A stretch of 64,000 bases of DNA. Origin: Rebecca billardiae RCC1528 (Eukaryota; Protista; Haptophyta). Where the stretch lies: the NCBI GenBank assembly GCA_965240325.2, contig OZ251251.1, positions 124,001 through 188,000 of the forward strand, read 5' to 3'. Shown here piece after piece: positions 31,871 through 43,987 of this stretch. The translations under genes were made by a program, and so were the position numbers. Within the stretch, counting starts at the first letter, position 1. Every line of letters begins with the position of its first letter. The notes under the pieces were generated by a model that saw only the letters and a list, made by a program, of their open reading frames with translations, did no database searches and was not told where the DNA came from.

Positions 31871-34552
31871 TCAGCTATGACTGGCACCGTGCTCCCTGTC
31901 GAAGGCTTCGTACCGCGCGACCGCTGCGGCGCTCACCGTGGGCTGCGTCTCTGCCAGCGCAGCGTCGAGGTCGGCCGCAGTGACGGGCAGCGCAGCGAGC
32001 TCGCCCGCGGCGTCCATGGCGAGGATCGCGCGCGCGCCCTTCCCCTCGATCGCGCGGCGCATCGGCCGCATCGACGCCTCGCGGCAGAGCACGCCAATGT
32101 CCGCCGCGGAGAGGCCCGCCGTGCGCTCCGCCAGCCCGTCCAAGTCGACGCCCTTGTCCAGCCGCACGCCGCCGCTTCGCGCCGCCGGTCTGGGAGTGCT
32201 GGTGTCACCGGACGGCGGGCTGCCGCTGCCCAGCCGCATGCGCAGCAGCGCCAGCCGCGCCGAGTGGTCCGGGAGCGGCACGTACACCCGCTTCTCAAGC
32301 CGCCGCAGCATGGCGTCGTCGATGTCCCACGGGTGGTTGGTCGCGCCGACGACGAGTACGCGCGGGGGCGGCGCGGGCGCGTGCGCCGCCGAGCCCGGCC
32401 CCGTGCCCGCCACCGGCGCCGAGGCCGCCATGCTGAACAGCCCGTCCATCTGCGCCAGCAGCTCCGACTTGAGCCGGCGCGACGCCTCGTGCTCATTGGC
32501 CGCGCCACGCGTCGCCGTGAGAGCGTCAATCTGTCCGGTGCATGCGCGCGCGCGCGGCCGATGCGGTGCGCGCGCGTGGCGTGGGCGCCAGTGTGATGAG
32601 ACAGCCTGATGGGACCAGGGACACGCATGTAAATCTCCGGAAAGTCCGGGCGCCGGGGCTCTGCCAGCATGTGCATCTAGCTTCGGCTTGGTGGCCCGCG
32701 TGCGCTGGCGGGCATGCATGCGCGTGCGCTGTGACGAACGTGCGCGCGCGCCCGCCGACACCCGCCGCGTGCATGCGCGCGAACGCGAATGCCCGCGCAT
32801 GCGCGCGCGCGCGCGCGCGCGCGCGCGGCCGCACCTCGTCGATGAAGACGATGGCGGGCGCGTAGTGCCGCGCCATCGCGAAGAGCGTGCGCGCGAGCTT
32901 CTCCGACTCGCCGTGCATCTTGGAGACGAGGCTCGACGCCGAGAGCGAGAAGAACGCCACCGGAGTGTCTGGCGCGGCGGCGCCTGCCGCCGAGGCGCGC
33001 TGCGAAGGCGGGTGCAGAGGAGCAGCTGCTAGGCTCGGGGCAGCAGCGGCGGCCGGCCGTCCATGCTGGGTGAGGAGCGGTTTGCCACGGCTGGGGCTAC
33101 TCACGGGAGTAGCCGCAGCGCTCGCGCTCGCGCACGAGGGCGGGGCAGTGGCTGCGTCGTCCACCGGAGCACTGCGCGCGCCGTCACCCGCCGCGTCATC
33201 GCCTCGCGCCGCCGCGCCACCGCCCTCACCCGAGGCCACCACGGCCAGCGCCTTGGCAAGCAGCGTCTGTGTGCGCACGCGCGCGCGCAGCCGCAGCATC
33301 AGCGGCAGCAGTCAGCACGTCCATCACTGCGATGCAGTCTGCTGTATGCGGGCAAAGGTGCCGCCTGCTGTCCTCATCACGCGGGGTCCATCAAGCACCA
33401 CAGTGGCGGCACCGGCGAGCGCGCGCGCGCGCGCACGCGCTGCACGGTGAGTGTACGCACCTTGCCCGTGCCGGGCGGCCCGTGCAGCAGCACTCCGCGC
33501 CACGGCGCGCGCGCGCCCACGAAGAAGTGCGGCAGCAGCAGCGGCAGGATGGCGGCCTCCATCAGCACGCGCTTCGCAGGCTTGCACCCGATCACCTGCG
33601 CCAGCGCGCGCGCGCACACCCGCGCGGCGCGAGACGACGCGAGGCGGGGCGGCCAGCCGCCAGCGGACGGGCGCACGCGCCGGTTATCCAGCGGTCGCGT
33701 CTCGCGCGCGCGCGCACGCCCGTGCGCGCGATGACGCGAGGCGCGGCGGCCAGCCGCCAGCGGACGGGCGCACGCGCCGGTCATCCAGCCCCTGGCCCGC
33801 GCGCGGCTTAGGCTGGCTCGTCTGGCGCGGCGCATGCGGGACGGCACGCACGGGGTGCGCGCCGCACGGAGGGCACGCGCCTGCTCAAAGCCGCCGCTCA
33901 GCCCGAGCGCTCTCGGATCGAGCACCAGGCACTCCTCCAGCGCCGCCACGAGCCGAGGGTCGTGGCTCGCCGACGATTCAAAGCGCGGCCGCGGCGCGCG
34001 CTCGGTGCGCGCGGCCGCGGCGACGGCGACGGCCGCCTCGATCGAGTCGTCGGCGTGCGCGCCGGCCGGCGCACGCGCTCGGTTCACAATCGCGCTGCAC
34101 TCGGTGTCGTTGCTCGTGCCGTCGGCGTCCGTGCCGTCGGCGCCGTCGGCGTCGTCGGAGCCGGCGGCTGGCCGCCGTGTGCCGCGAGCGCAGCTGGGCG
34201 CGGTAGCATCGCCGCGCCGCGCGCCCGCGGCGACGGCGTGCTGCCCACGCTCGAGCGGGACGTGCGCGACGATGCCTTCGCGCGCGAGCGCTCCGCGCCG
34301 CGCGGGCACTGCGCCGGCCACACCGCCGGACGGCTCCTCGCGCGCGCGCGGCCGCTGGCGGCTGTTGCGGCCCGCCGGAACGGACGAGGCGCGTGGCCGC
34401 GCGCGGGGCGCGTCCGCGGGCCTGCGCGGCTGCGCGGCGCGGAGCGCTGGGCGGAACGGCTCGATCGCGCGCGCGGGGCGCGCGGGGAGCCGCTGCTCCG
34501 CGCGCGCCGACTGCAGGCTCGCGTAGATCGCCTGCTGCAGCGCGCGGTCCAT
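31871..34552 (-). CDS. Katanin p60-like AAA ATPase (exons 34552-33881, 33595-33461, 33266-32835, 32530-31871)
   Basis: [15 protein letters not shown]|TLLAKA; [13 protein letters not shown]; IVFIDE|IDAL; [12 protein letters not shown]; [19 protein letters not shown]. First intron is GC-AG. Confidence 0.88.
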
Positions 34553-34872
34553 GGCGCGGTGGTCGAGACGCGCCGGTGCAACAAAGGCGGAGAGGGTGGT
34601 CGGTGCGCTGGTCAGCACCCACCGGCTTGCCGGCCGGCTGCGGCGAAGCGGGTCGCCGCGAAGAAACCGACCAGCCGCGACGAAAACGCACACAGCAAAA
34701 GAAATTGCCGACTGGCGCGCGGGCCCCGCCCGCCGCCGCCGGCCGGAGCGGCGACGCCGGAAGTGAAACACGCCCCGATTTCAGACTGAGGCCACGCCGC
34801 CGCTCCGCCGCTGGCGAGCGGCGCCATCGCGTGCGGCCCCCCGACGCGCCGGCCGGCGACCGCCGCGGCGCG

Positions 34873-37800
34873 ATGGCGACGCGCTGGGCGCACGTGCCGC
34901 GCGGGCGCACCTTCGTCCTCGGCGCGTACGACGCGCACGCCGGCCGCTGGTTCGACGTGCAGTACACCACGCCGCACGACCAGATTTCAAAATACGTCTG
35001 GCTCTCGGCCGTCGGCGACAGCTTCTGCGCCGCGCCGCACAGCGAGGCGGTGCTCGCGCAGGCGCACCGCGCGTACCTGACGGACGCGAGCACGAATGGC
35101 TGGCCCAGGGTCGAGCTCGCCGAGCTCGGCTCCTGGCTGCGCGAGTGGCGCGAGAGGCCGCGCGAGCGCGGCGCGGCCGCGCCGCCGCCTTCGCAGCCGC
35201 AGCCGCCGCCGCCGCCGCGGCCGCCGGGCGGCCTGCCGGCCGCGCCGCCGGCGCCGGCGCCGGGCGCGGGCGCGACGGGCGCGTGGCCGAGCCCGCGCCC
35301 GCCCGGCGCGCCGCACCCGCCGCACGCGCGCGCCGGAGGCGCCATGGCTTCGCACCCGCAGCATCACCCGCACCTTCACAGTGCCGGCGCGCCGCAGCCG
35401 GCGGCCGCTCCGGGCGGCGGCGGCTGGGCGCAGCCTCCGGCCAGCGGTGGCGCGCACAGCGCGGGCGTGCCGCCGCGCGGCCAGCCCGCCGCGTGCGCGT
35501 ACGCCCACGGCGCAGCGGCCGGCGCCCATGGCTGGTTCGCGCAGCCGCCGCCGGCGCGCGCGCCGCCCGCGGGCGCGGCCGGCGGCGGCGGCAGTGACGC
35601 CGCCGCCGCCGCCACCGCTGCGGCGCAGGGCGCGGCGACGGCGAGGGCGGGCGCGCCCGGCCCGACGCCCATCCCACTCGTCTACTCGAGCGGCCCGGCC
35701 GCGCCGCCGACGAGCCGCACACCGCCACCCGGACCGACCGCCAGGACAGCCAGTCTGTGGCCGGGCGCCGCGCCGGCCGCGCCGGCCGCGCCGGCCGCGC
35801 CGCAGCCTCGGGCGGCGCCCGGCGGCGCGCCGAGCGCGCCGGGCGCGCCGCCGGGCGCGCGCGCCGCGCCCGTGGGCGTTGGCGGCGGCGGCGGCGCGAG
35901 CGCGCGCGCGGCTGGCGGCGGCGCGGTGCGCGCGCCCGCGGGCTGGGACGCGCCCGCCGCGCCGACCGGTTCGGCCGGATGGGTCGCGCGCGGCTGGGGC
36001 GTTGTCGCGCCGCCGCCCGGCGCGGCCGGCGGCGCGGGCGCGCCTCCGCCGCCGAGGCCGCCGCAGCAGCCGCCGCCGCCGCAGCCGCCGCCGCGCGCGC
36101 GCGGGTGGGACGCGCCGCCGCCCCGGCAGCCCCTGCCGAGGGCGTTCGGATGGAACGCGCCGCTCTCCTCCGCGTGGAGCGGTAACCCTAACCCTAACCC
36201 TAACCCTAACCCTAACCCTAACCCTAACCCTGGATGGGACGCGCCGGTGTCCTCCGCGACGCGCGTGCCGGCGTGGAGCGGTTGGGGCGGCGGCGCGGCG
36301 GCCGGCGGCGGCGCGGCGGCCGGCGGCGGCGGCGGCGCGGCCGGCGGCGGCGGCGCGGCTGGCGGCGGCGGCGTGGCCGTTGGCGGCGGTGCGGTGGCCG
36401 TTGGCGGCGGCGCGGCGGCCGTTGGCGGCGGCGCGCGGCTGGCGGCGCATCCGAGCCAGCAGCCGGCGCCGTCGGCGCCGTCGCCCGCGCCGACGCCGAC
36501 ACTGACAACGCGACCGGCCGCGAGCGCGGCGGCGCAGCCCGCTGCGCCGCAGCACGCCGCGGCGCAGCCCGCGCGCTCCGGCGCGCTCGGCGCGCCACCG
36601 CCCGCGCCGGCGCGTGGCGGCGGCGGCGGCGGCGGCGCGCGGCCAGCGGCGCCGCAGCGGCCGGCGCCGCCCGCCGTGTCCACCACCGCCACCGCTTGCG
36701 CCTCCATCGCGCTGACAGTTGAGGAGCTCCCCGGCGGGTGGCCCGCCGCCGCGCGCTCGGCCGCGCGCTCGCCCTCGCCGCCCGCCGCCCGGACCGCCGA
36801 GCACCGGACTTCTGGCGAGCACCGGACTTCTGGCGAGCACCGGACTTCTGGCGAGCACCCGATCTGGGGCCCCCGGCGGCTGCCGGAAGAACGGCGGCAG
36901 CCGCCGCCGCCGACGCCGCCGACGGCCGCGGCAGAGTCGGCGGGTGCGGGCGGGAGCGGCGCGGGCGCGGCGGTGGGCGCGGACGGCGGTGCTTGCGGCG
37001 CGGCGCGCGGCGCGGGCGCGCAGCCCTCGCCGCGCCACGCCGCCGCGCCGCCGCAGCGCTCGCCGACGGGCTGGGGCTTTGGCGGCGGCGGCGGCTTGCA
37101 AGGTCCGGGTGCACCGCCGCCGCCGCGCTCGCCGGCGGCAGGCGCGGGCGGCGCGCAGCACCTCGCGGCGTCCCGCCGGGGGGGGCGCGAGCCCGCGCCG
37201 CCGCCGCAGCCGCCGCAGCCGCAGCCGCAGCCGCAGCCGCAGCAGGCGTGCCCGCACGCCACGCCCGCGGCCGAGCCGCAGATGCAGCCGTCGAAGCGCA
37301 AGCGATGGCGGCTGATGAGCGGCGCGGCGGGCGGCGGCGGCGCGGCGGCGCCCGCGGCGGCCGCGGGCGTGGCGGCGCCGGATGCGCGCGCGCTGCCGCC
37401 CGCCGCGGCCGCGCGCGGTGGCTCGTGCGGCGGCGCGGACGGCGGCGCGGACGGCGCGGACGCCGACGCGCGCGCGGGCGCTGAGGGCAGCGCGGCGCCC
37501 AAGCGGCGCCGCGCCTCTGCGCTCGAGGCGGCGCAGCGGCTAACGAAACAGAGCGAATCCGACGCCGCGCTCGCCGAAGCCATCAGCGCGCACGAGCGCG
37601 CGCGCTGGGCGGGTAACCCGGCGGGCGGCGCGGACGGCGCGGGCGGCGGCGGCGGCGCGGGTGCCAAGGCGGGCAGCGGCGGCAGTGCCGGCGCCGCCGC
37701 CGGCGCGAGCGCAAAGCACGCCGCCGGGGCCCCGGCCGAGCCGCCGAGAGCGTGCCAAGTCTCGGGAGGTGCGCTGGTGGAATTGGAGGAGGCGGCACGG

Positions 37801-40800
37801 CGCGCGCAGGAGGTCGAGGACGCGCAGCTCGCGCGCCGGCTGCAGGAGCAGGAGGAGGAGGCGGCGGCCCAGGCGCGGCGGGCTCCGCCCCGCCTCGCGC
37901 GCGGCGCATCGGGCGCCGACGCGGCAGGCGGCGGCGGCGGATGCGCCGCCGCGGGTGGCGGCGGCGCCGGCCCGGCGGGCGCGGGCGCGAGGCGCGAGCA
38001 CGTGCGGCGCACGCTGCACGCGGCGAGCGTCGAGGGCTGGGTGGTGCCCTACCGCCACGTGGAGCGAAGGGCGGCGCAGGCGCAGGCCCACGTGGCGGCG
38101 GGGGCGGCGCCGGGGCGCGAGCGCGCGGCGGCAGCGGCCGACGCCGATGGCGGCGCGGACGCCGCTGCGCAGGAGGGCAGCGGCGGCGGCGCGGACGCCG
38201 CCGCCGGTGTTGCGGCGCCGCCGCCGCGCGCCTACGAGTTCTGGGCGCGGGTCGTCCTGGACGTGGCGCCCCCGGACTTTTTCCTCCGGAGTCCGGAGCC
38301 GCAGGTCGCGTCGCACGCGGAGACGTCCGCCACCGCCACCGGCGAGGACGGCAGCAACCCTAACCCTAACCCTAACCCTAATCTCACCCGCACCGGCGAG
38401 GACGGCGGCAGCGACGCGCGCGGCGGCGGCGCCGCCGAGCAGGGCGGCGGCGGCGCGGGGCCCACCGCTGCGCTCGACAGCCGAATCGCCGAGGCCGGCC
38501 CATACCGGACGGCGGAGGAGGCGGCGGCAGCGGCCGACCTGTTACTTGTCGGGCTGCCGCCGCCGCCGCCGAGCGCGGCGGGCGCGGCGGGCGCGGCGGG
38601 CGCGGCGGCGGAGGCGGGCAGCGGCGGCGGCGGCGGCGCGGCCGACGTGGCTGCGGCCGAGTGCGCAGCCGGCGGCGGCGCGCTCCTCTCGCCGCGCGGC
38701 CGCGGCCGAGGCCGGGGCCGCGGCCGCGGCCGCGGCCGCGGCCGCGGCGCGCGCGGCGGCGCGGCCGCCGACAGCGAATCGTCAGCCGGCACGGCGGTGA
38801 CGGCGTCGGCGCCCACCGGCACCGCGCCGACGGCGCAGCAGCCGCAGCCGCAGCCGCTGCGCTCGCTGCTCGACCCCGATTCGTTCCTCAACTGCCCGGT
38901 GGCGACGCTCGGCGCGGTCCTGTGCTCGCTGCAGGTTGAGCTCGCGCGGCGCTGCGCGGCCGAGGCGGGCGGCGGCGCGCTGCCGGCGCCGTCGGAAACG
39001 TATCGAGGCGTCGTGTGTCTCCGCCCCACGCCCGACGGCGGCGGCGGCGGCGGCGCGCGGTACGCGCTCACGGCCGCGTCGGGCGCGCGCGAGCTCACCG
39101 ACCGCCCGGTGCAGGCGCAGCTCCTCTACCACGGGCGGAAATTGCTTTGGCAGACCTACGGGTCTGAGGCGGAGGCCGGGTGCGCGTGGGATGCGGCGGT
39201 GCTCGAGGCGTTCGGCGCGCCCGCGCTCGAGCACCTCAATCAGCCGCGGCTGCTCGCGCTGCTGCGGAGGTGCGCGCGCTGCGTGTGCGTGTGTGTACTG
39301 TGTGCGCGTGTGTGCGCATGTGTGTGTGCGTGCGCTCGCGCGTGTGTGCGTGTGCGTGTATGTGTGTGTGTGTGTGTGTGTGGGCGTGTGTGCGTGTGTG
39401 TGTGTGTGTGCGTGCGTGCGCGTGTGCGAGAGAGAGAGCGGCGCCGCTGCGAGCTTGCTGCCGCCGCCGCGGCTGCTGCATGCTGCGCGCCGCCGAGCCC
39501 AGACCCCCCGAATGCCCAGCCCGCGCGCACGCCCCTTGCGGTTGCTTACGCCCCGCCCCGCACCCGCCCTGCGCGCACGCACGCACGCACGCGTGCGCGC
39601 ACGCACGCACGCGCGCGCGCACGCACGCACGCACGCACGCATGCGTGCGTCCGCCCGCGGCAGGGACAACGAGCGCAAGGTGAACCCGAAGGACCTCTCC
39701 GTGCTGTACGCCGAGCGGCCGCCACCCGGGGTCGCCTCCGCAGCGGCAGCGGGCGGCGGCGGCGGCGGCGCGGCGGCGGCGGCAGCGGGCGGCGGCGGCG
39801 GCGCGGCGGCGGGCGCCGGCGGCGCCGCCGCGCCGCCCGCGCCGCCGCCGCACCGCGAGCGGCTGCCGCTGCACGCGTTCAACGCGATCGACCCGCCCGC
39901 CGCGCCCGAGCCCTTCGTGTACGAGCGCGGCGTGGCGGCGTGCGCACGCTCAGGCCAGGAGGCCGCGACGCCGTCCGCGCGCGCCGTCGCCGACGGCCTC
40001 GGGCTGCGCGCGCCCGCTCGGTATCGCTGTCCCTGCTACGCTCGGCAGCCGCGCGAGGCGGTGGTGGGCGCGTCGAGGGTGGGCGCGGCGAGCGCGGGCT
40101 GGGAGTGGGGCCTGCAGGCGAGCGCGGGCCCGGTCCTCTGCGCGCTCGCCGACGCCGAGCCGTGGCGCGTCCACCACTACAACGCGCTGGGGCGGTTACG
40201 CGTTCCCGCCAAGTCGCCCCAGGGGCTGTACGAGTGTAACGGTATTTGCGGCTGCCCGGACTCGTGCCCCAACCGGATCGTGCAGCGCGGGCCGTTCCTC
40301 CCGCTGCAGCTCTTCCGCCGCTCGTTCGCGGGGCTGCTCGAGGCGCGCGAGGCGGCGGAGCACGCCGGCGGCAGCGGCGGCGCGGCGGGCGCGGACGGCG
40401 GCGGCGGCGCGCGCGCGCAGGGTGGCTGCGCGCCGCGCGGCGCCGACGCGCACAGCGACGGCGCGGGCGCGGGCGGCGGGCAGCAGTCGTCCACGTCGGG
40501 CGCGCAGCCGGCGGGCGCGCGGCGCGGCGGCGGCGCCGCCGACACCGCCGCCACCGGCACCGCCTCCGCCCCCAACCCCGCCACCGGCGCCGCGCCGTCG
40601 CCTGCCGTCTCCGAAGACGCGCAGTGGGCCGTGCGCTGCGCCATTGACATTCCGGCCGGCACGTTTGTGTGCGAGTACACCGGACTGGTGCGCGCGTCCG
40701 GTGTGCGGGTACACCGGACTGGTGCGCGCGGCTGTGGCCGCGGCGGCGGCTGCTGCTGGCTGCGGCGGCGGCTGCGCGGGTGCGCCCGGCGCCTCCCAGG

Positions 40801-41709
40801 CTGGGCGCGCGCACCGCACCGCACCGCGCCGCTGCTGCGCTGCGCGCGCGCGCCGCGCGCGCCGCGCCGCCGCAGCCCTGGCCCCGGCGCAGCCCACCGC
40901 GCGCACCCGCGCACGCGCACCCACGCACGCCCACCCGCGCACGCCGCGCGCAGGTGATCACCGACGCGGAGGCGGAGGCGTGCGTGAACAGCTCCGCGCA
41001 CGGCGACCGTTATCTCTTCGAGCTCGACGGCGAGGCGCAGGCGTGCGGCGACGAGGGGCGCGAGATTGAATCTCCGCTCTGCGTGAACGCGGTGCGCGCG
41101 CGCAGCCGGAGCGCGCGAGATTGAATCTCCGCTCCGCGCGCGCAGCCAGCCCGCGGCGCACCGGGCGCGCACACCGCCGTGTGCGCGCACAGCCGCTGAC
41201 GACCGCGCGCCGGCGGCGCGCGGCGCTCCGCATACGCGCGCGCGCGCTTGCTCGCGCGGCTGTGCGGCCGGCGGCGCGCAGGCGGAGCGCGGCAACGTCG
41301 CGCGCTTCGTCAACCACTCGTGCGAGCCCAACCTCTTCGTGCAGAACGTGCACGTGCACCGGCACGACCTTCGGTGCGAGCGCGCGCGCGCGCGCCGGCG
41401 CTCGGGCGCGCGCGCGGTCGTGGCGCGCCGGAGGCCGACCGTTCGTTCCCGCGCGCGCGCGCGCGCGCGTTGCTGCGCAGCTGGCCCGTGCTCTGCCTGT
41501 TCGCGCTCACGCACATCCGCGCGGGCGAGGAGCTCACGTACGACTACAACTACGTCAACGAGCGCGCCGCGCTCGACCCCGGCGCCGAGGAGCCCGAGCT
41601 GGCGCTGATGGCGGACGAGCGCGAGCGCACGCGCTGCACGTGCGGCGCGCGCAGCTGCCGGAAGTGGCTGTTCGGCGCGGGGCCGCGCTCGCGGGCGGAG
41701 CCGATGTAG
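34873..41709 (+). CDS. Pre-SET/SET/post-SET (SUV39-type) histone lysine methyltransferase with AP2-like domains
   Basis: [21 protein letters not shown]; [12 protein letters not shown]; [14 protein letters not shown]; GEELTYDY; [12 protein letters not shown]. Exons 34873-39269, 39664-40687, 40954-41091, 41282-41373, 41481-41709, all GT-AG and frame-consistent. Exon 1 may hide further in-frame introns. Confidence 0.85.
36183..36231. repeat. Interstitial telomeric repeat (TAACCC)x8
   Basis: Exact units; reads (NP)8 in the SET-gene ORF. Confidence 0.95.
38356..38381. repeat. Interstitial telomeric repeat (AACCCT)x4
   Basis: Flanked by the 16-bp direct repeat CACCGGCGAGGACGGC. Confidence 0.92.
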
Positions 41710-41998
41710 CGCTGCCGAGCTCGCTCCGCCGCTCAGCGGGCGCGCGGCGATATTCCCGCGGGGCCCGGCCCGGAGACGCACGCCGCGTCAACCGGGGGGA
41801 GCGACGCATGCTCCGGGAAGCCATCGTAAACGTATTCGTGTTCACGATCGGACCAACGGCCATTCCGTCCGGATCGCGCCCGATCGCCACTGATTCGACA
41901 GGACTTCCCAGCCCGATGCCGATCGAGAAGGCCGCGAAGCCGCCGGCCGAAGCTGCGGAACCTCCCGCTCACGGACGTGCTGTGCGCATCGGCACGGG

Positions 41999-43108
41999 AT
42001 GCTCGCTGGCGCATCGGCGCTTCGCACACTCCTCGCCGCGCGGCCGCCCGCCGCCGCCCTCCCGCGCGCGTCGGCTCTGCTCCGCCGCGCGCCGCGCCGA
42101 GGCATGTCGCACGCCCCGTACGGCCGCATCGCCGTCGTCAACGCCGAGCGCGTCGACTTTGACGGCGCGCTCGACTGGGGCGCGCTCGAGCGCGGGCCGT
42201 CCGACGACGATCCGAGCTTTGTCGTCGAGCGGCACGCGTCGAGCAGCGCGGAGGAGATCGTGGCGCGGGCGGCGGGCTGCGTGGCGGTGGTGACGAAGGA
42301 GATCGCGCTCTCCGCGCACACCATCGCCGCGCTCCCGGACTCCGTCCGCCTCATCTGCGAGGCGGGCACCGGGTACAACAACATTGCGCTGGACGCCGCC
42401 GCGGCGCGCGGCATCACGGTGTGTAACGTTCCGCAGTACTCGACGGACGCGGTGGCGCAGCTGGTGATCACGTTCGTGCTCGCGCTCTCGTGCGGCCTCG
42501 TGCAGCAGCAGCGCATGCTCCTCCGCGGCGACCGCTCCAACTTCACGCACCGGCTGCAGGTGCCGCACTTTGAATTAGCCGGAAAAACAATTGGGCTGGT
42601 CGGCGGCAGCGGGCTGATTGGGCAGAGAGTGGCTGAGCTCGCGCGCGCGCTCGGCATGCGCGTGCTCGTGTCCTCGCGCCGCGCGGGCGCGCCCGGCGCG
42701 CCGCCCGGCGCCGTCACCCTCGACGAGCTCCTCGCCGCCTCCGACTTCGTCTCAGTGCACTGCCCGCTCACTGACGAAACGCGTGGCCTGCTCGGCGCGG
42801 CCGCGTTCCGGCGCATGAAGCGCGGCGCGTACCTGGTCAACACGGCGCGCGGCGCAGTCGTGTGCGAGGAGGCGCTGCTCGGCGCGCTGCGCGCGGGTGA
42901 GCTCGGCGGCGCGGCGCTCGACGTGCAGGAGTGCGAGCCGCCGCCGCCGGACTCGCCGCTCTACTCGGAGCCCGGACTCATCCTCACGCCGCACATCGGC
43001 TGGCGGCGGCTGGAGACGCGGCAGCGGCTGCTCGGCGCGGTCGGCGAGAACGCGCGCGCGTTCGCGCGCGGCGCGCCGATCAACGTCGTGTCGGCCGGCG
43101 CGGCCTGA
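41999..43108 (+). CDS. D-isomer-specific 2-hydroxyacid dehydrogenase (glycerate dehydrogenase-like), possible mitochondrial presequence
   Basis: GTGYNNI, VCNVPQYSTDAVA, ELAGKTIGLVGGSGLIG, SDFVSVHCPLT, LVNTARG, LDVQECEP, LTPHIGW; Arg/Ala-rich N-terminus. Confidence 0.93.
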   Translation: MLAGASALRTLLAARPPAAALPRASALLRRAPRRGMSHAPYGRIAVVNAERVDFDGALDWGALERGPSDDDPSFVVERHASSSAEEIVARAAGCVAVVTKEIALSAHTIAALPDSVRLICEAGTGYNNIALDAAAARGITVCNVPQYSTDAVAQLVITFVLALSCGLVQQQRMLLRGDRSNFTHRLQVPHFELAGKTIGLVGGSGLIGQRVAELARALGMRVLVSSRRAGAPGAPPGAVTLDELLAASDFVSVHCPLTDETRGLLGAAAFRRMKRGAYLVNTARGAVVCEEALLGALRAGELGGAALDVQECEPPPPDSPLYSEPGLILTPHIGWRRLETRQRLLGAVGENARAFARGAPINVVSAGAA

Positions 43109-43335
43109 GCGGGCGTGCACGCCCGGGGCGCGGTTCGGGGCCCCGCTTCACTCTGCGAGTGCTGAATCTGTGTCAGCACTGAGCTGTCTGAGGCGTCATC
43201 ATCGATTAACGTTAACTACCGGAATGGTACTTGGGTCACCGGACAGTCCTCCGGGACCGGTGGCAAAGGCCAAACGGAAAGGGGGGCAGATCGACGGATG
43301 GCGCTTGGGCCGAGTGCCGCCGCCAGCCACGAGCG

Positions 43336-43792
43336 ATGGCCAGCACGGCACAGGCGCACGCGCGTCGCCTCGCGCTCGACGACCTGCCTCCCGAGGTGCT
43401 CGGCCGCATCATCTCGCCCCTTCCCGGCCGCCGCGCCACCTCGCCAGCCTGAACGCCACAGCGCGCCTCTTGGCCGCGCCGCGCCGCCCGGCGGGTGCTC
43501 GGCGGTCGAGCGCGCGCTGCGCGAGCGCGCGCGCGCGCGCGGGCACGAGCGCGCGCTGCCAGCGTCACTACCCGCCGGAGTCTACACGTGGGCGGAGGAG
43601 CTGTTCGTGCGCGAGCGCGTGCTCGATATCGCGCGCGCGCACGCGTCCCCCGCTGCGGCTTGTGAGGGCTTCAGCGCGTTTGTGGACGCGGATGGCGGGC
43701 TGCACACGTGCGGCGAGGAGGCGGTGCGGGATGAGCACTGGCGGCTGACAGGTGAGTACCGGACGCACGCGGCCATCGGGCACGCGGAAAGC
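43336..43792 (+). pseudogene. Truncated, frameshifted F-box-RCC1 copy A (cluster 2)
   Basis: MASTAQAH start; indels near 43425-43490; breaks off after blade 1 into sequence matching the upstream region of copy D (47451+). Confidence 0.8.
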
Positions 43793-43987
43793 AGCGCCCA
43801 CCCACGGCGAGCGGGTGTGGGGTGGCCGGTGGGCACGCCGCTCCGCGACCACCCTTGGCTCCGCCGCTTGCGCTGCCACTGGCTCCGGACGGCCGTTCCG
43901 GCTGCTCCGAAGACGGTTGGCGCTTTACCAAGTGTGTACAATAGCCCGTGCGGGGCGGAGGCGCACCCCGAGCGCGAGCCGCGAGCG

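Noticed and set aside
36183-36231. True chromosome end or contig join
   Set aside because: Only 8 units, embedded in frame between duplicated host sequence.
34987-38012. Long antisense and alternative-frame ORFs here and throughout the window
   Set aside because: Expected from stop-codon scarcity at very high GC; the translations are Arg/Ala/Pro-rich with no motifs.
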